Shown piece after piece: positions 1-10,436 of a stretch of DNA of 64,000 nt. This stretch comes from Anaerobium acetethylicum. GTDB lineage: Bacteria > Bacillota > Clostridia > Lachnospirales > Lachnospiraceae. Location of the stretch: positions 426,291-490,290 of the forward strand of contig NZ_FMKA01000001.1 of assembly GCF_900096945.1 (NCBI RefSeq), given 5' to 3'. Numbering within the stretch: the first letter of the stretch is position 1; the number at the start of each line of letters is the position of its first letter. Both the position numbers and the translations under genes were made by a program. The notes under the pieces are model-generated. The model was not told the DNA's origin. It ran no database searches and saw only the letters and a program-made list of their open reading frames with translations.

Positions 1-178
1 CGCATCCAAAAGTCTTAAACTTCACATCCTGAATGATTCCATTGTCATCTATGTCCAGATAAATCCTCATTATATCTCCGCATTTTGCATTTCCGACGGT
101 TCCAACTCCGCTGGCATTTTCAATTTCTCCTACATTTCTCGGGTTTTGAAAATGATCCATTACTTTTTCTGTATACAT
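1..178 (-). CDS. nifU: Fe-S cluster scaffold NifU/IscU, 3' part (gene continues beyond window start)
   Basis: rc translation MYTEKVMDHFQNPRNVGEIENASGVGTVGNAKCGDIMRIYL...; ATG at 176-178 preceded by GGAGG; downstream of nifS in same orientation. Confidence 0.75.
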   Translation of the reverse strand, partial: MYTEKVMDHFQNPRNVGEIENASGVGTVGNAKCGDIMRIYLDIDDNGIIQDVKFKTFGC

Positions 179-207
179 TATGAATTCCTCCTGATTATCT
201 CTTTTTA

Positions 208-1395
208 TTATTTGGCAGCCGCTCTTTTCACAAAATCTTCATACAGCGGCGACATATTCCTCAGTTTTCCTACGATTTCTTTTGCAGCTTCTGCAACGAA
301 ATCCATTTCCTCTACTGTATTTTCTTCACAGAGAGTAAGTCTTAATGAACCATGTGCAATTTCATGGGGCAGACCGATTGCCAGAAGTACATGAGACGGA
401 TCCAGCGAACCTGACGTACATGCTGAACCGCTTGATGCAGAAATCCCTTTCATATCCATCATGATCAGGAGCGATTCTCCTTCTACAAACCTGAAGCTGA
501 AATTCACATTGTTCGGGAGCCTGTTTGTCCTGTGTCCGTTAAGCCTTACATAAGGGACTTCAGCAAGAACCTTCTCAATCAGATGGTCTCTGAGTTCAAT
601 TTCCTTTGCGGCTCTCTCTTCCATTGTGCTGACAGCTCTCTTGACCGCCTCCCCGAAACCGACTATTCCCGGAACATTCTCTGTTCCTGCGCGCCTGCTT
701 CTTTCCTGACCGCCTCCGTGTATGAAGGAGCGGATTTTAACGCCTGTCCTGATGTAGAGGAAGCCGATTCCTTTTGGCCCGTTGAGCTTGTGCCCACTTG
801 CACTGAGCATATCAATGTGACATTCGTCAACATTGATCGGAATCTGTCCAAAAGCCTGAACTGCATCCGTATGGAAAAGAATTTTATTTTCATGGGCAAT
901 TTCCCCGATTTCTTTTATAGGCTGTATGGTTCCTATTTCATTATTGGCGTACATGATGGTAATCAGAATTGTGTCCGGTCTGATTGCCTTCCTGAGCTCA
1001 TCAAGCTTTACAGCTCCGTCTTCATCTACGTCAAGGTAGGTGACCTCAAAGCCTTTCTTTTCCAGATATTCGCAGGTATGCAGGACCGCATGATGTTCGA
1101 TTTTCGAAGTAATGATATGCTTTCCTTTTGATTCGTATGCTTCTGCAGCGGCCTTAATCGCCCAGTTGTCCGATTCGCTTCCGCCTGCAGTAAAATATAT
1201 TTCTTTGTCCTTCGCGCCCAGTGCTGATGCGATTATATCCCTGTTTTCACTTACCGCCGCTTTGCTTTTCGAAGCAAATTCATATACGCTGGATGGATTT
1301 CCATAAAATTCAGTGAAGTAAGGAAGCATTGCCTCTACTACTTCAGGTGCTGTCTTTGTTGTCGCTGCATTGTCTAAATAAATACTTCTCTTCAT
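208..1395 (-). CDS. nifS: cysteine desulfurase (class V aminotransferase, PLP; SASGHKLNGPKG motif)
   Basis: ORF 208..1467; internal start MKRSIYLDNAATT at 1393-1395 with AAGGAGA 9 nt upstream; iscS/nifS family motifs. Confidence 0.9.
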   Translation of the reverse strand: MKRSIYLDNAATTKTAPEVVEAMLPYFTEFYGNPSSVYEFASKSKAAVSENRDIIASALGAKDKEIYFTAGGSESDNWAIKAAAEAYESKGKHIITSKIEHHAVLHTCEYLEKKGFEVTYLDVDEDGAVKLDELRKAIRPDTILITIMYANNEIGTIQPIKEIGEIAHENKILFHTDAVQAFGQIPINVDECHIDMLSASGHKLNGPKGIGFLYIRTGVKIRSFIHGGGQERSRRAGTENVPGIVGFGEAVKRAVSTMEERAAKEIELRDHLIEKVLAEVPYVRLNGHRTNRLPNNVNFSFRFVEGESLLIMMDMKGISASSGSACTSGSLDPSHVLLAIGLPHEIAHGSLRLTLCEENTVEEMDFVAEAAKEIVGKLRNMSPLYEDFVKRAAAK

Positions 1396-1408
1396 TATAT
1401 TGATCTCC

Positions 1409-1867
1409 TTACTTCTGGCTGCATGAAGCATCTGTCGGCTCAATTCCGCGAACCTGCCTGCTTTCATCCACCAGTTCTTTTAGTTTCATTTCGTCTACCG
1501 TCTGATTAATACTGTCATTGATCCTTTTCCATACATGCTTCGTAACGCATATATCCGAACCGCTGCAGACATGTTCCTCATCAAATCCCATGCATTCTAC
1601 AGGGTCGAGGCTTCCCTCAAGCGCCCTCAGGATATCACCCACCGAAATGTCGGCTGTCGGCTTTGCAAGGACGTATCCGCCCTGTGCCCCTCTTATGCTT
1701 TTGACAAGCCCGGCCTTTTTCAGTTTCGCCACAAGCTGCTCCAGGTAGCTTTCTGAAATTGCCTGCCTTTCAGCGATGCTGCAGATCGAAACGGGGTCTT
1801 TTTCACTATATAATGCAAGGTCAATCATGGCCCTGAGTCCATATCTTCCTTTTGTTGATAACTTCAC
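1409..1867 (-). CDS. iscR: Rrf2 family transcriptional regulator (IscR/CymR-like)
   Basis: MKLSTKGRYGLRAMIDLA... Rrf2 wHTH; C-terminal Cys cluster; first gene of iscR-nifS-nifU operon. Confidence 0.85.
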   Translation of the reverse strand: MKLSTKGRYGLRAMIDLALYSEKDPVSICSIAERQAISESYLEQLVAKLKKAGLVKSIRGAQGGYVLAKPTADISVGDILRALEGSLDPVECMGFDEEHVCSGSDICVTKHVWKRINDSINQTVDEMKLKELVDESRQVRGIEPTDASCSQK

Positions 1868-2135
1868 ACAATCACCTCTTTTTTAATTCCGACCGAATTA
1901 CTCGGATATCACAAATCAAAGATATCACAATATGATTACCTTGTCAATAAGTCTGTGTCAAATCTTATCACAAATTATTTCTGCTATGCATGCACAATCT
2001 TTTTCGTCGACATTTGTCTGAAACTATATTATAATTGGACTTGTTTTAACAACAGACTGCCGGAAGATGCATCCAATATATGATGGATTGCCGCAGCACC
2101 GGTAAATTTTACAGACAAAAAGGAGAATGACTATT

Positions 2136-3170
2136 ATGAGCTTTGAATTCATAAAAAAGCTGCCTACACCAAAAGAAATACGTCAGGAATACCCCATTTC
2201 CGAACGGCTGGCAGCCATAAAACAGCAGCGCGATGCTGAAATCAGGGATGTTATCACTGGAGAAAGCAAAAAATTCCTTGTCATAATCGGACCTTGTTCT
2301 GCAGACAATGAGGATTCTGTATGTGATTACATATGCCGCCTTGCCGCAGTCCAGGAAAAAGTAGCCGACAGGCTGATTCTTGTACCAAGAATCTACACAA
2401 ACAAGCCAAGAACGACAGGCGAAGGCTACAAGGGCATGGTGCACCAGCCGGATCCCGAGAAAAAACCGGACCTTCTGGGGGGCCTTATTGCAATGAGGAA
2501 AATGCATATCCGCGCTATTGAAGAATCCGGGCTCACAGCAGCCGATGAAATGCTTTATCCGGAAAACTGGGAATACCTTACCGACATCCTTTCCTATGTC
2601 GCTATTGGCGCCCGCTCCGTCGAAAACCAGCAGCACAGGCTCACTGTAAGCGGCATTGACATTCCTGTTGGTATGAAGAACCCTACAAGCGGGGATCTGT
2701 CAGTACTTATGAACTCCATTGTAGCTGCCCAGAGCCGCCACCGCTTCATATACAGAGGATGGGAAGTCAAAACTGACGGAAACGAACTTGCTCATGCCAT
2801 ATTGAGGGGAGCTGTCAATTCACAGGGTTCTGCAATTCCAAACTACCACTATGAAGACCTTAGCAGGCTTCTCGAAATGTATAACGAAAGGGATCTTGTC
2901 CACCCTGCAGCCATCATAGATGCCAATCATGCAAACTCAGACAAAAAATACAGGGAACAGATCCGTATTACGAAAGAAGTTATGCACAGCCGTAAACTCT
3001 CATCCGATATCTGCGGCCTTGTTAAGGGTGTCATGATTGAAAGCTATATAGAAGGCGGATGTCAGAAAGTCGGCGGCCATGTTTACGGCAAATCGATTAC
3101 CGACCCATGCCTCGGCTGGCAGGAATCAGAACGCCTGATCTATGAAATTGCCGAACTTAATATCATGTAA
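2136..3170 (+). CDS. aroG: 3-deoxy-7-phosphoheptulonate (DAHP) synthase, class I-alpha (AroF/G/H type)
   Basis: IIGPCS motif, 345 aa; RBS AAGGAG favours ATG at 2136 (MSFEF) over 2127. Confidence 0.85.
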   Translation: MSFEFIKKLPTPKEIRQEYPISERLAAIKQQRDAEIRDVITGESKKFLVIIGPCSADNEDSVCDYICRLAAVQEKVADRLILVPRIYTNKPRTTGEGYKGMVHQPDPEKKPDLLGGLIAMRKMHIRAIEESGLTAADEMLYPENWEYLTDILSYVAIGARSVENQQHRLTVSGIDIPVGMKNPTSGDLSVLMNSIVAAQSRHRFIYRGWEVKTDGNELAHAILRGAVNSQGSAIPNYHYEDLSRLLEMYNERDLVHPAAIIDANHANSDKKYREQIRITKEVMHSRKLSSDICGLVKGVMIESYIEGGCQKVGGHVYGKSITDPCLGWQESERLIYEIAELNIM

Positions 3171-3188
3171 TTCAAAAAAGCACGTAAA

Positions 3189-3222
3189 AGAGCAGGAACT
3201 TTGATGGTTCCTGCTCTTTGTT
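3189..3222. terminator. bidirectional rho-independent terminator between aroG (+) and xerD (-)
   Basis: agagcaggaac-N7-gttcctgctct hairpin followed by T-run. Confidence 0.6.
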
Positions 3223-4111
3223 ATCCCCTGGGGTGCGCTTTCATATACACCTCTCTGATTTTGTTATCAGACAGATGGGTATATACCTGCGTCGTTGATA
3301 TATCTGAATGTCCAAGCATAATCTGTACGGAACGCAGATCCGCTCCGGCTGCTATCAGATGGGCTGCAAACGAATGCCTCAGCGTATGAGGCGTAATATC
3401 CGAAGTGATTTCTGCTTTCTTAGCATACTGCTTCAGCAGCTTCCAGAACCCTTGTCTGCTCATTGGTGTTCCGGAACAGTTCGTGAACAGTATGTCATTT
3501 TCAGCATCGGAAACCATACTTTGTCTGGAATGGGTCAGATAGTTTATCATTGCATTTTTGGCTGCTGCTCCAAACGGTATCAGCCGCTGTTTAAGGCCTT
3601 CATGACATACGATATAGTCCATATGCAGATTCACATCTGAAAGCCTCAGAGAAATAAGTTCAGTGACTCTGATGCCGGTCGCATATAGCAGCTCAAGCAT
3701 GGCTTTATCTCTCAGTTCCTTAGGTGAATTTCCTTTTGGCTGGTCCAAAAGCCTTACCACCTCATTAGCCGAAAGTATTCCCGGCGTCTTCTTTTCAATT
3801 TTCGGCGGTTTGATCGCTTCGGCAATATCCCCATGCACCATTCCGTTTTTACTCAGATAGCAGAAAAACGATTTCATTGACGCGATGTTCCTCGATATGG
3901 TTGCCGTTGCAAATCCATTCCGTTCCAGATATAGTGTATATGAATTCAGGTTAGTTGCCGTAACCTTGGAAACATCATCGACACCCTGTTCCTGCAAAAA
4001 ATGCTGCAGTTTGTTTAAATCACGCTGATAGGAGATTTCTGTATTCGCAGAAGTCTTTTTTACATCATGCAGATAACTGATAAATCTCAAAATTTCCTGT
4101 TCCATAATCAT
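3221..4111 (-). CDS. xerD: site-specific tyrosine recombinase XerD
   Basis: 296 aa; ...HTLRHSFAAHLIAAGADLRSVQIMLGHSDISTTQVYTH catalytic region. Confidence 0.85.
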   Translation of the reverse strand: MIMEQEILRFISYLHDVKKTSANTEISYQRDLNKLQHFLQEQGVDDVSKVTATNLNSYTLYLERNGFATATISRNIASMKSFFCYLSKNGMVHGDIAEAIKPPKIEKKTPGILSANEVVRLLDQPKGNSPKELRDKAMLELLYATGIRVTELISLRLSDVNLHMDYIVCHEGLKQRLIPFGAAAKNAMINYLTHSRQSMVSDAENDILFTNCSGTPMSRQGFWKLLKQYAKKAEITSDITPHTLRHSFAAHLIAAGADLRSVQIMLGHSDISTTQVYTHLSDNKIREVYMKAHPRG

Positions 4112-4231
4112 TCTTACCCCTTAGCCCGTTTAATGTATAACCCCGCATATACTCTTGCATAAGCATCATTATAATGATTATCCCCCAGAAAATCAAATGC
4201 TAATTTTTTACATTTTCTTTGAATCCCTTAG

Positions 4232-4295
4232 CAAAAAACAAAAAAATACAACATATCGGCCGATATAATTCCGGCCGTACTATATGTTGTATTTT
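4232..4295 (-). terminator. rho-independent terminator of NUDIX gene
   Basis: nested hairpin aatacaacatat..cggccg-N9-cggccg..atatgttgtatt followed on minus strand by TTTTTTGTTTTTT. Confidence 0.6.
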
Positions 4296-4317
4296 ATCAT
4301 GAAAATCTTTTTTTATA

Positions 4318-4857
4318 TTAGCTGCAGTATTTTTCTTTATAAGCCAGTATAGCCGAAATAGTCTTTGAATCCTGGATTATTCCAGTAAAAATCATGTTGC
4401 ATAACTCATCAACACTGTATTCTTCAACATCCACAAACTCGTCATCGTCAAGATTCTGCTTCGACGGCTTAAGATTCTTTGCAACGTAGATATCGATCAT
4501 CTCATTGCAGAAAGCAACCGATGTCGCAATTGAAATAAGAAATTCAAGTTCCTGAGACTTATATCCCGTTTCTTCTTCAAGTTCTCTTGCTGCACATTCA
4601 ATGGTCGGTTCCTGACCTCCGCTATTTAATCCACCCGCCGGGATTTCCAGGGTATTCCTGTCCATCGCATTACGGAACTGCCTTACCATAAGTATTTTTC
4701 CTTCATCTGTCACCGGTACAATAGCGGCAGCCCCCTTATGCCCGATAAAATCCCATTCTGCTATATTTCCGTTCGGTATCTCTACATAGTCTTTATATAG
4801 ATCTATGATTGAACCTTTATGTATAAGTTCTCTTTTCAATCTTTTTAATTCCGCCAT
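4318..4857 (-). CDS. NUDIX hydrolase (ADP-ribose pyrophosphatase-like)
   Basis: Nudix box AGGLNSGGQEPTIECAARELEEETGY; start MAELKRLK with AGAAAGGGGA RBS. Confidence 0.8.
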   Translation of the reverse strand: MAELKRLKRELIHKGSIIDLYKDYVEIPNGNIAEWDFIGHKGAAAIVPVTDEGKILMVRQFRNAMDRNTLEIPAGGLNSGGQEPTIECAARELEEETGYKSQELEFLISIATSVAFCNEMIDIYVAKNLKPSKQNLDDDEFVDVEEYSVDELCNMIFTGIIQDSKTISAILAYKEKYCS

Positions 4858-4912
4858 GTTTTCCCCTTTCTTTCCACTGATTTTCTCGTGGACCATAACA
4901 ATTATAGCATAT

Positions 4913-4963
4913 TTAAAAAGCCTGCAGAAAAGAAACTTTAACCAGGTTTCTTTTCTGCAGGCT
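4913..4963 (-). terminator. rho-independent terminator of aminotransferase gene
   Basis: agcctgcagaaaagaaac-loop-gtttcttttctgcaggct + T-run on minus strand. Confidence 0.6.
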
Positions 4964-4995
4964 ATTATATACCTGAAATGCCGATATACTAAGGA

Positions 4996-6192
4996 TTATA
5001 AACTCTTAACGAATTTCTCTATCCTATCCAATCCTTTTTCAATCTGAGTGATCGAAATCGCATAGGAAAGGCGAATGTGATCATCGAATCCAAAGTCGCC
5101 ACAAGGTATTACAGCCACAGCATAATCATCAAGAAGAATAGATGCCAGTTTTTCTGTAGTTCCGATTACTTCGCCCTTGTATTCTTTCTTCAGCACATCA
5201 CTTACATCAACAAAAAGATAGAATGCTCCTGTTGGTTCAAGCGCTGAAATAAGAGGCATATTTAAAACTCTCTCATACATGTATTTTCTTCTTTTGTCGA
5301 ATTCTTCCTTCATGATCTCAACTGTATCCTGAGGACCGTTTAAAGCCTCTACAGTAGCCTTCTGTGCTATAGAATTCGGGTTTGAAGTCTGATGGCTCTG
5401 GACGCTTCCCATAAGCTTGGCAATTTCCACGCTGGAGCCGGTATATCCGATTCTCCATCCCGTCATGGCATAACTCTTAGCCACGCCGCTGCAAGTGATG
5501 GTTCTTTTATAAATCTCTTCGCCAAGAGATGCAATGCTCACATGCTCTTCGCTTCCGTAAATCAAGTTTTCATACATTTCATCAGCCACTACATAGATGT
5601 CGTTTTTAACGGCAACATCTGCTATAGCTTTTAATTCTTCTTTGGAGTAGACCATTCCTGTCGGATTGTTTGGTGTATTTAAAATGAGTGCTTTTGTATT
5701 TTCAGTGATCGCAGCCTGAATCTGCTCAGCATTAACTTTATACCCCTGCTCTTTTTCCCCTCTGATGTATACAGGCACACCATCAGCTAATTTCACGATT
5801 TCAGGGTAGCTTAACCAGTATGGTGCAGGAATAATCACTTCATCACCCGGATTTAAAATAGCTTCGAATATGTTAGTTAAGGAATGTTTACCACCGTTGC
5901 TGATTACAATCTGGTTCAATTTGTAGTCAATGTTGTTGAAGCTCTTGAATTTCCTGCAGATCGCTTCTTTAAGTTCAAGAATTCCTGACGCCGGCGTATA
6001 TTTTGTGAATCCCTCGTTGATTGCCTGGATTGCTGCTTTATTGATGTTGTCCGGTGTATTGAAATCAGGTTCACCTGCACCAAAACCTACAACGTCAATC
6101 CCCTGGCCTTTCATTTCTTTCGCTTTTGCTGTGATCGCTAATGTTGATGAAGGCTTAACTGCTGACGCCTTCCTTGATAATGATAATGACAT
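4996..6192 (-). CDS. aspC: aspartate aminotransferase (class I PLP aminotransferase)
   Basis: 398 aa; NPTG, SGVAKSYAMTGWRIGY Lys-PLP region. Confidence 0.85.
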   Translation of the reverse strand: MSLSLSRKASAVKPSSTLAITAKAKEMKGQGIDVVGFGAGEPDFNTPDNINKAAIQAINEGFTKYTPASGILELKEAICRKFKSFNNIDYKLNQIVISNGGKHSLTNIFEAILNPGDEVIIPAPYWLSYPEIVKLADGVPVYIRGEKEQGYKVNAEQIQAAITENTKALILNTPNNPTGMVYSKEELKAIADVAVKNDIYVVADEMYENLIYGSEEHVSIASLGEEIYKRTITCSGVAKSYAMTGWRIGYTGSSVEIAKLMGSVQSHQTSNPNSIAQKATVEALNGPQDTVEIMKEEFDKRRKYMYERVLNMPLISALEPTGAFYLFVDVSDVLKKEYKGEVIGTTEKLASILLDDYAVAVIPCGDFGFDDHIRLSYAISITQIEKGLDRIEKFVKSL

Positions 6193-6476
6193 AATACTGC
6201 ACCCACCTTATTATTAATATAATATATAATTTACATTTACAAGTTGAGACGGTCTGAACATGTGCTCTTCCATCCTTGATACATTGTAATACATATTTTT
6301 CTCTTTTGCAAGTTTAAAGTTTCTGAAATTCTTTTTTCTGTCGTTTTGCATAACCAATACATGGTTTTTGCATTCTGTTTACATGTTTTTTTGCAAGTTA
6401 CTCGTTTTTCTAATTCAGTTTTAGCCATTCCCCATACCAATTACTTTTGATCTCACAACAGGGACTTCGCCATTTG

Positions 6477-6520
6477 ATAAAAAAAAATGGCCAGACCCTT
6501 AAAACATTCTGTTTTAAGGG
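6477..6520 (-). terminator. rho-independent terminator of rny
   Basis: cccttaaaac-attct-gttttaaggg hairpin; plus-strand A9 run = U-tract on minus strand. Confidence 0.65.
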
Positions 6521-6550
6521 TTCTAACCATTATTAAAATCTTACCGGTAA

Positions 6551-8107
6551 TTATTTAGCGTAATCAGTTACTCTTGATTCTCTGATTACATTTACTTTAA
6601 TCTGTCCAGGGTATTCAAGTTCTGTTTCAATCTGTTTTGAAATATCCCTTGCAAGCAATACCATATCTGCATCACTCACCTGTTCAGGCACTACCATGAT
6701 ACGGATTTCTCTGCCCGCCTGGATTGCAAAAGACTTATCTACACCTTTAAAAGCATTTGTAATATCTTCAAGCTGTTTCAATCTGTTTGTATAAGTTTCT
6801 AAGGTTTCTCTTCTTGCACCTGGTCTTGCTGCAGAAATCGTATCTGCGGCCTGTACAATGCATGCAATAAGTGATTCAGGCTCTACATCGCCATGATGAG
6901 ATTCGACCGAATTAATAACAATTGCGGATTCCTTATACTTTCTGCATAAATCAACACCGATCTGAATGTGTGAACCTTCCATTTCATGGTCGACTGATTT
7001 TCCGATATCATGAAGTAATCCGGCTCTTTTTGCCATTCTTATATCCACACCGATTTCAGCTGCTAAAAGTCCTGAAATCTGAGCAACTTCTATAGAATGT
7101 TTCAAAGCATTCTGTCCATAACTTGTTCTAAATTTCATCTTGCCAAGCAATCTGACCAGTTCAGGGTGGATTCCATGTACGCCAACTTCCAGCGTCGCAG
7201 CTTCACCTTCTTCACGAATCATGACTTCTACTTCTTTCTGTGCTTTCTCAACCATCTCTTCAATTCTTGCCGGATGGATACGACCATCTACAATCAGCTT
7301 CTCAAGGGCAATTCGAGCCACTTCTCTTCTGATTGGATCAAATCCAGAAAGGATTACCGCTTCAGGTGTATCATCAATTATGAGGTCTACGCCCGTCATA
7401 GTTTCAAGGGTACGGATATTTCTTCCTTCCCTTCCAATAATTCTGCCCTTCATCTCGTCATTTGGAAGCTGTACTACGGAAATCGTGGTTTCAGCAACAT
7501 GGTCAGCTGCACATTTCTGTATCGCTGTTACAACATATTCCTTAGCCTTCTTGTTTGCTTCTTCCTTAGCCCTGCTCTCGTATTCCTTGATCATCTTGGC
7601 AGTATCATGTTTTACATCGTCTTCAACAGTCTTTAAAAGATATTCTTTTGCCTGTTCGGAGGTAAGTCCTGAAATTCGTTCCAGTTCCTGCACTCTTTTT
7701 TCATGAATTTCTTCGACTTCGACTTTTTTCTTATTGAGCTCTTCTTCTTTTACTGCAAATCCCGCTTCGCGTTTTTCAATTGCTTCAGATTTTTTATCTA
7801 ATGCTTCTTCTTTAGATAAAACTCTTCTTTCGTAACGTTGCAGCTCAGCTCTTCTTTCCTTGGTCTCTCTCTCGAGTTCATTTTTTGTTTTAATGGACTC
7901 TTCCTTAGCTTCAAGTAAGGCTTCGCGTTTTTTCGTTTCGGCAACCTTCAATGCTTCATCTATTATTTCTCTTGCTCTTTCTTCCGCACTTCCAATTTTA
8001 GATTCAATAAATTTCTTTCTATAGGAAATGGCAATAAGGGAAGTAATAGGCACAGCTAAAATAAGCGTAAGCGCAATAGTAATAGCTATAATTACACTTG
8101 TTTGCAC
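6551..8107 (-). CDS. rny: ribonuclease Y (N-terminal TM, coiled coil, KH and HD domains)
   Basis: 518 aa; [25 protein letters not shown] motifs. Confidence 0.92.
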   Translation of the reverse strand: MQTSVIIAITIALTLILAVPITSLIAISYRKKFIESKIGSAEERAREIIDEALKVAETKKREALLEAKEESIKTKNELERETKERRAELQRYERRVLSKEEALDKKSEAIEKREAGFAVKEEELNKKKVEVEEIHEKRVQELERISGLTSEQAKEYLLKTVEDDVKHDTAKMIKEYESRAKEEANKKAKEYVVTAIQKCAADHVAETTISVVQLPNDEMKGRIIGREGRNIRTLETMTGVDLIIDDTPEAVILSGFDPIRREVARIALEKLIVDGRIHPARIEEMVEKAQKEVEVMIREEGEAATLEVGVHGIHPELVRLLGKMKFRTSYGQNALKHSIEVAQISGLLAAEIGVDIRMAKRAGLLHDIGKSVDHEMEGSHIQIGVDLCRKYKESAIVINSVESHHGDVEPESLIACIVQAADTISAARPGARRETLETYTNRLKQLEDITNAFKGVDKSFAIQAGREIRIMVVPEQVSDADMVLLARDISKQIETELEYPGQIKVNVIRESRVTDYAK

Positions 8108-8255
8108 AGGAGCACCTCCTTATTTAATTTTCATTGTACAAATACAACACTTAAATTTTATACTGTTTTAATAACTATGTCAAGTGGGGATAATGATTTT
8201 TTATGCAAAATGTTACAATAAACATGTAATTGTTACAACATTTTCATGATTTATC

Positions 8256-8864
8256 TCAATAATCTCTATTATTCATTCTGATGCGTCTAAGGATTTCATC
8301 CGAAGAAAACCCTTTCCGCATTAAAAACCCATAAAGCTTCTGTTTTTCCTCTTTTGTAGCCGTTTCAGGATCTACCCGTTTCTTTTTGATCAGTTTTTCG
8401 ATCAGCTCTGCCTCGCTGTCTTCATTCCCTTCAAAAATCCTGCCTATTATATCCTTTGAAATCCCTTTATTCTGAAGTTCCTGCTTGATCTGCCTTCTGC
8501 TCCTGCTGCCGCTTCTGTTAAAGGCATAGTTTCTGGCATATCGCTCGTCATTAATATAGCCATAGGATTTTACATACTCCACCGCGCTGTCAATTATCTC
8601 TTCTGTGTAAAAATTCTGTCTGAGCTTCATTCTGATCTGGTTCTCTGTCCTGTCCATACTTTCCAAAAGATGAAGGCTTCTGGCTTTTGCCCTTTTGAGT
8701 ACAACATCTGCGATGATTTTTTCATAATCTTCATCTGAAATCTCCGCTCCTTCTTCGATATGGAACCTTCTGATTTCACCTCTGTACAGGGCAAATGCGA
8801 ATTCTTCGTCAAGGAATACTTTGCTTTTTCCTTTGTCTATCTTAATAATTTCAGTAACTGTCAT
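8256..8864 (-). CDS. recX: RecA regulator RecX
   Basis: RecX repeat family; start MTVTEII at 8862-8864 with AGAGGA RBS. Confidence 0.85.
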   Translation of the reverse strand: MTVTEIIKIDKGKSKVFLDEEFAFALYRGEIRRFHIEEGAEISDEDYEKIIADVVLKRAKARSLHLLESMDRTENQIRMKLRQNFYTEEIIDSAVEYVKSYGYINDERYARNYAFNRSGSRSRRQIKQELQNKGISKDIIGRIFEGNEDSEAELIEKLIKKKRVDPETATKEEKQKLYGFLMRKGFSSDEILRRIRMNNRDY

Positions 8865-8932
8865 TCTGAATCCTCTATTCTCCATTTATATCTCGTTAAG
8901 CGAACACTCTTACGAGATGACTAAAAATCAAA

Positions 8933-8972
8933 TCAGGTGTGGTTTTGGCCACACCTGATTTGATTGAACCTT
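8933..8972 (-). terminator. intercistronic hairpin (partial terminator/attenuator) between recA and recX
   Basis: atcaaatcaggtgtgg-loop-ccacacctgatttgat, 16-bp stem, followed by U5 on minus strand. Confidence 0.45.
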
Positions 8973-8979
8973 ATAATTG

Positions 8980-10035
8980 TTATTCTTCGCTTTCGCCAGC
9001 TGCCGAACCTGATGATTTCAGTGCTTCCCCTGCCGCGCCGGTATTCAGCCCGAAACTCTCTCTTACTTTTAATTCAATTTCATCCATAACTTCCGGATGT
9101 TCTTTCAGATAAATCTTAGCATTTTCGCGTCCCTGTCCGATTTTCGCATCATTATATGCATACCAGGAACCGCTCTTAATGACTATGTTCTGATTAGCTG
9201 CAAGATCAAGAACATCGCCTTCTCTTGATATTCCCTGGCCAAACATGATGTCGAATTCTGCTTCCTTAAAAGGCGGAGCGATCTTATTCTTGACCACCTT
9301 TATCCTCGTCCTGTTTCCGACCATTTCTCCGCCCTGTTTGATTGCCTCGATTCTTCTGACATCAAGACGTATGGAAGAATAGAATTTCAAGGCCCTTCCG
9401 CCTGTTGTAGTCTCTGGACTTCCGAACATGACTCCGACCTTTTCACGGAGCTGGTTGATGAAGATTACCGTACAGTTTGTCTTGCTGATCGAGCCTGTCA
9501 GTTTTCTCAGCGCCTGCGACATCAGCCTTGCCTGAAGTCCCATATGCGAGTCACCCATATCGCCCTCGATTTCAGCTCTTGGAACAAGCGCCGCAACGGA
9601 ATCGACAATGATGATGTCTACTGCTCCAGACCTTACCATTGTTTCAGTAATTTCCAAAGCCTGTTCTCCATTGTCCGGCTGTGATATGTATAAATTATCG
9701 ATATCTACACCAATCCTCTTTGCATATGCCGGGTCAAGCGCATGCTCCGCATCGATAAAGCCTGCTATTCCTCCCCTTTTCTGAACTTCTGCAACCATGT
9801 GAAGGGCAACTGTCGTCTTACCGCTCGATTCAGGTCCATAGATCTCAACAACCCTTCCCTTAGGAATGCCGCCAAGGCCCAGGGCTATATCAAGACTGAT
9901 CGATCCAGTCGGGAACGTCTCAATATTCATATTTGCTCCCGAATCACCAAGCTTCATGACAGCTCCTTTTCCGAACTGTTTTTCTATCTGCATAATCGCT
10001 GATTGTAAGGTCTGCATTTTATCTTCTTTTGCCAT
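8980..10035 (-). CDS. recA: recombinase RecA
   Basis: 351 aa; Walker [10 protein letters not shown], canonical RecA throughout. Confidence 0.97.
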   Translation of the reverse strand: MAKEDKMQTLQSAIMQIEKQFGKGAVMKLGDSGANMNIETFPTGSISLDIALGLGGIPKGRVVEIYGPESSGKTTVALHMVAEVQKRGGIAGFIDAEHALDPAYAKRIGVDIDNLYISQPDNGEQALEITETMVRSGAVDIIIVDSVAALVPRAEIEGDMGDSHMGLQARLMSQALRKLTGSISKTNCTVIFINQLREKVGVMFGSPETTTGGRALKFYSSIRLDVRRIEAIKQGGEMVGNRTRIKVVKNKIAPPFKEAEFDIMFGQGISREGDVLDLAANQNIVIKSGSWYAYNDAKIGQGRENAKIYLKEHPEVMDEIELKVRESFGLNTGAAGEALKSSGSAAGESEE

Positions 10036-10055
10036 TATTATTCTCCTTCGTTACA

Positions 10056-10069
10056 CGAACTTATGTTCG
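10056..10069 (-). promoter_or_regulatory. LexA operator (Cheo box) CGAACTTATGTTCG between recA promoter and RBS
   Basis: exact fit to Firmicute consensus CGAAC-N4-GTTCG. Confidence 0.6.
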
Positions 10070-10080
10070 TTCCAATGATA

Positions 10081-10109
10081 ATATAGTATTCCATTTCCTT
10101 TTGATTGTC
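10081..10109 (-). promoter_or_regulatory. sigma-A-type promoter of recA (TTGACA-17-TACTAT)
   Basis: minus-strand TTGACA at 10109..10104 and TACTAT at 10086..10081; Cheo box just downstream. Confidence 0.45.
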
Positions 10110-10390
10110 AACACTTAATTTGCCTTTATTCAACCTGCAATAAGCATCCCTCCAGACACTCTGTTCTTTTTTACTTTCATGATGGGATTTTCCGCAGCAG
10201 AATGCTGCATTTAGAAATTATGGGAATTATATGAGCAACTGTTCCGCCACCCCTGGCTGCTGGGTTGTTGGCCAGAATGTTACTTATATTATAAATTTTA
10301 GCACAAGCTTCCTGTTTTGTAAAAGCAAACTTTTCTATAATTTTCTCTTCTGTCCAAATGCCGATTTCGGCGTCATGAGAACACATGCGA

Positions 10391-10436
10391 GTTCTTTCTC
10401 CAAAGATAAAGGCATCCTTTCGGATGCCTTTATCTT
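10391..10436 (-). other. 46-nt perfect hairpin (21-bp stem, 4-nt loop)
   Basis: tctccaaagataaaggcatcc-tttc-ggatgcctttatctttggaga; no U-tract; 3' arm overlaps GGAGAAAG RBS of small ORF 10177..10386(-). Confidence 0.5.

Noticed and set aside
532-1131. 199-aa ORF antisense to nifS, and similar antisense ORFs (7097..7706 in rny, 16541..17416 in the ABC-F gene, 56306..56950 in the anti-sigma gene, 61841..62359 in the lon-like gene)
   Set aside because: They are shadow ORFs opposite well-supported conserved genes, with low-complexity or repetitive translations and no RBS.
6237-6440. 67-aa minus-strand ORF in the aspC upstream region
   Set aside because: The translation is Lys/Cys-rich and low complexity, with no RBS. 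It lies in the promoter region of aspC.
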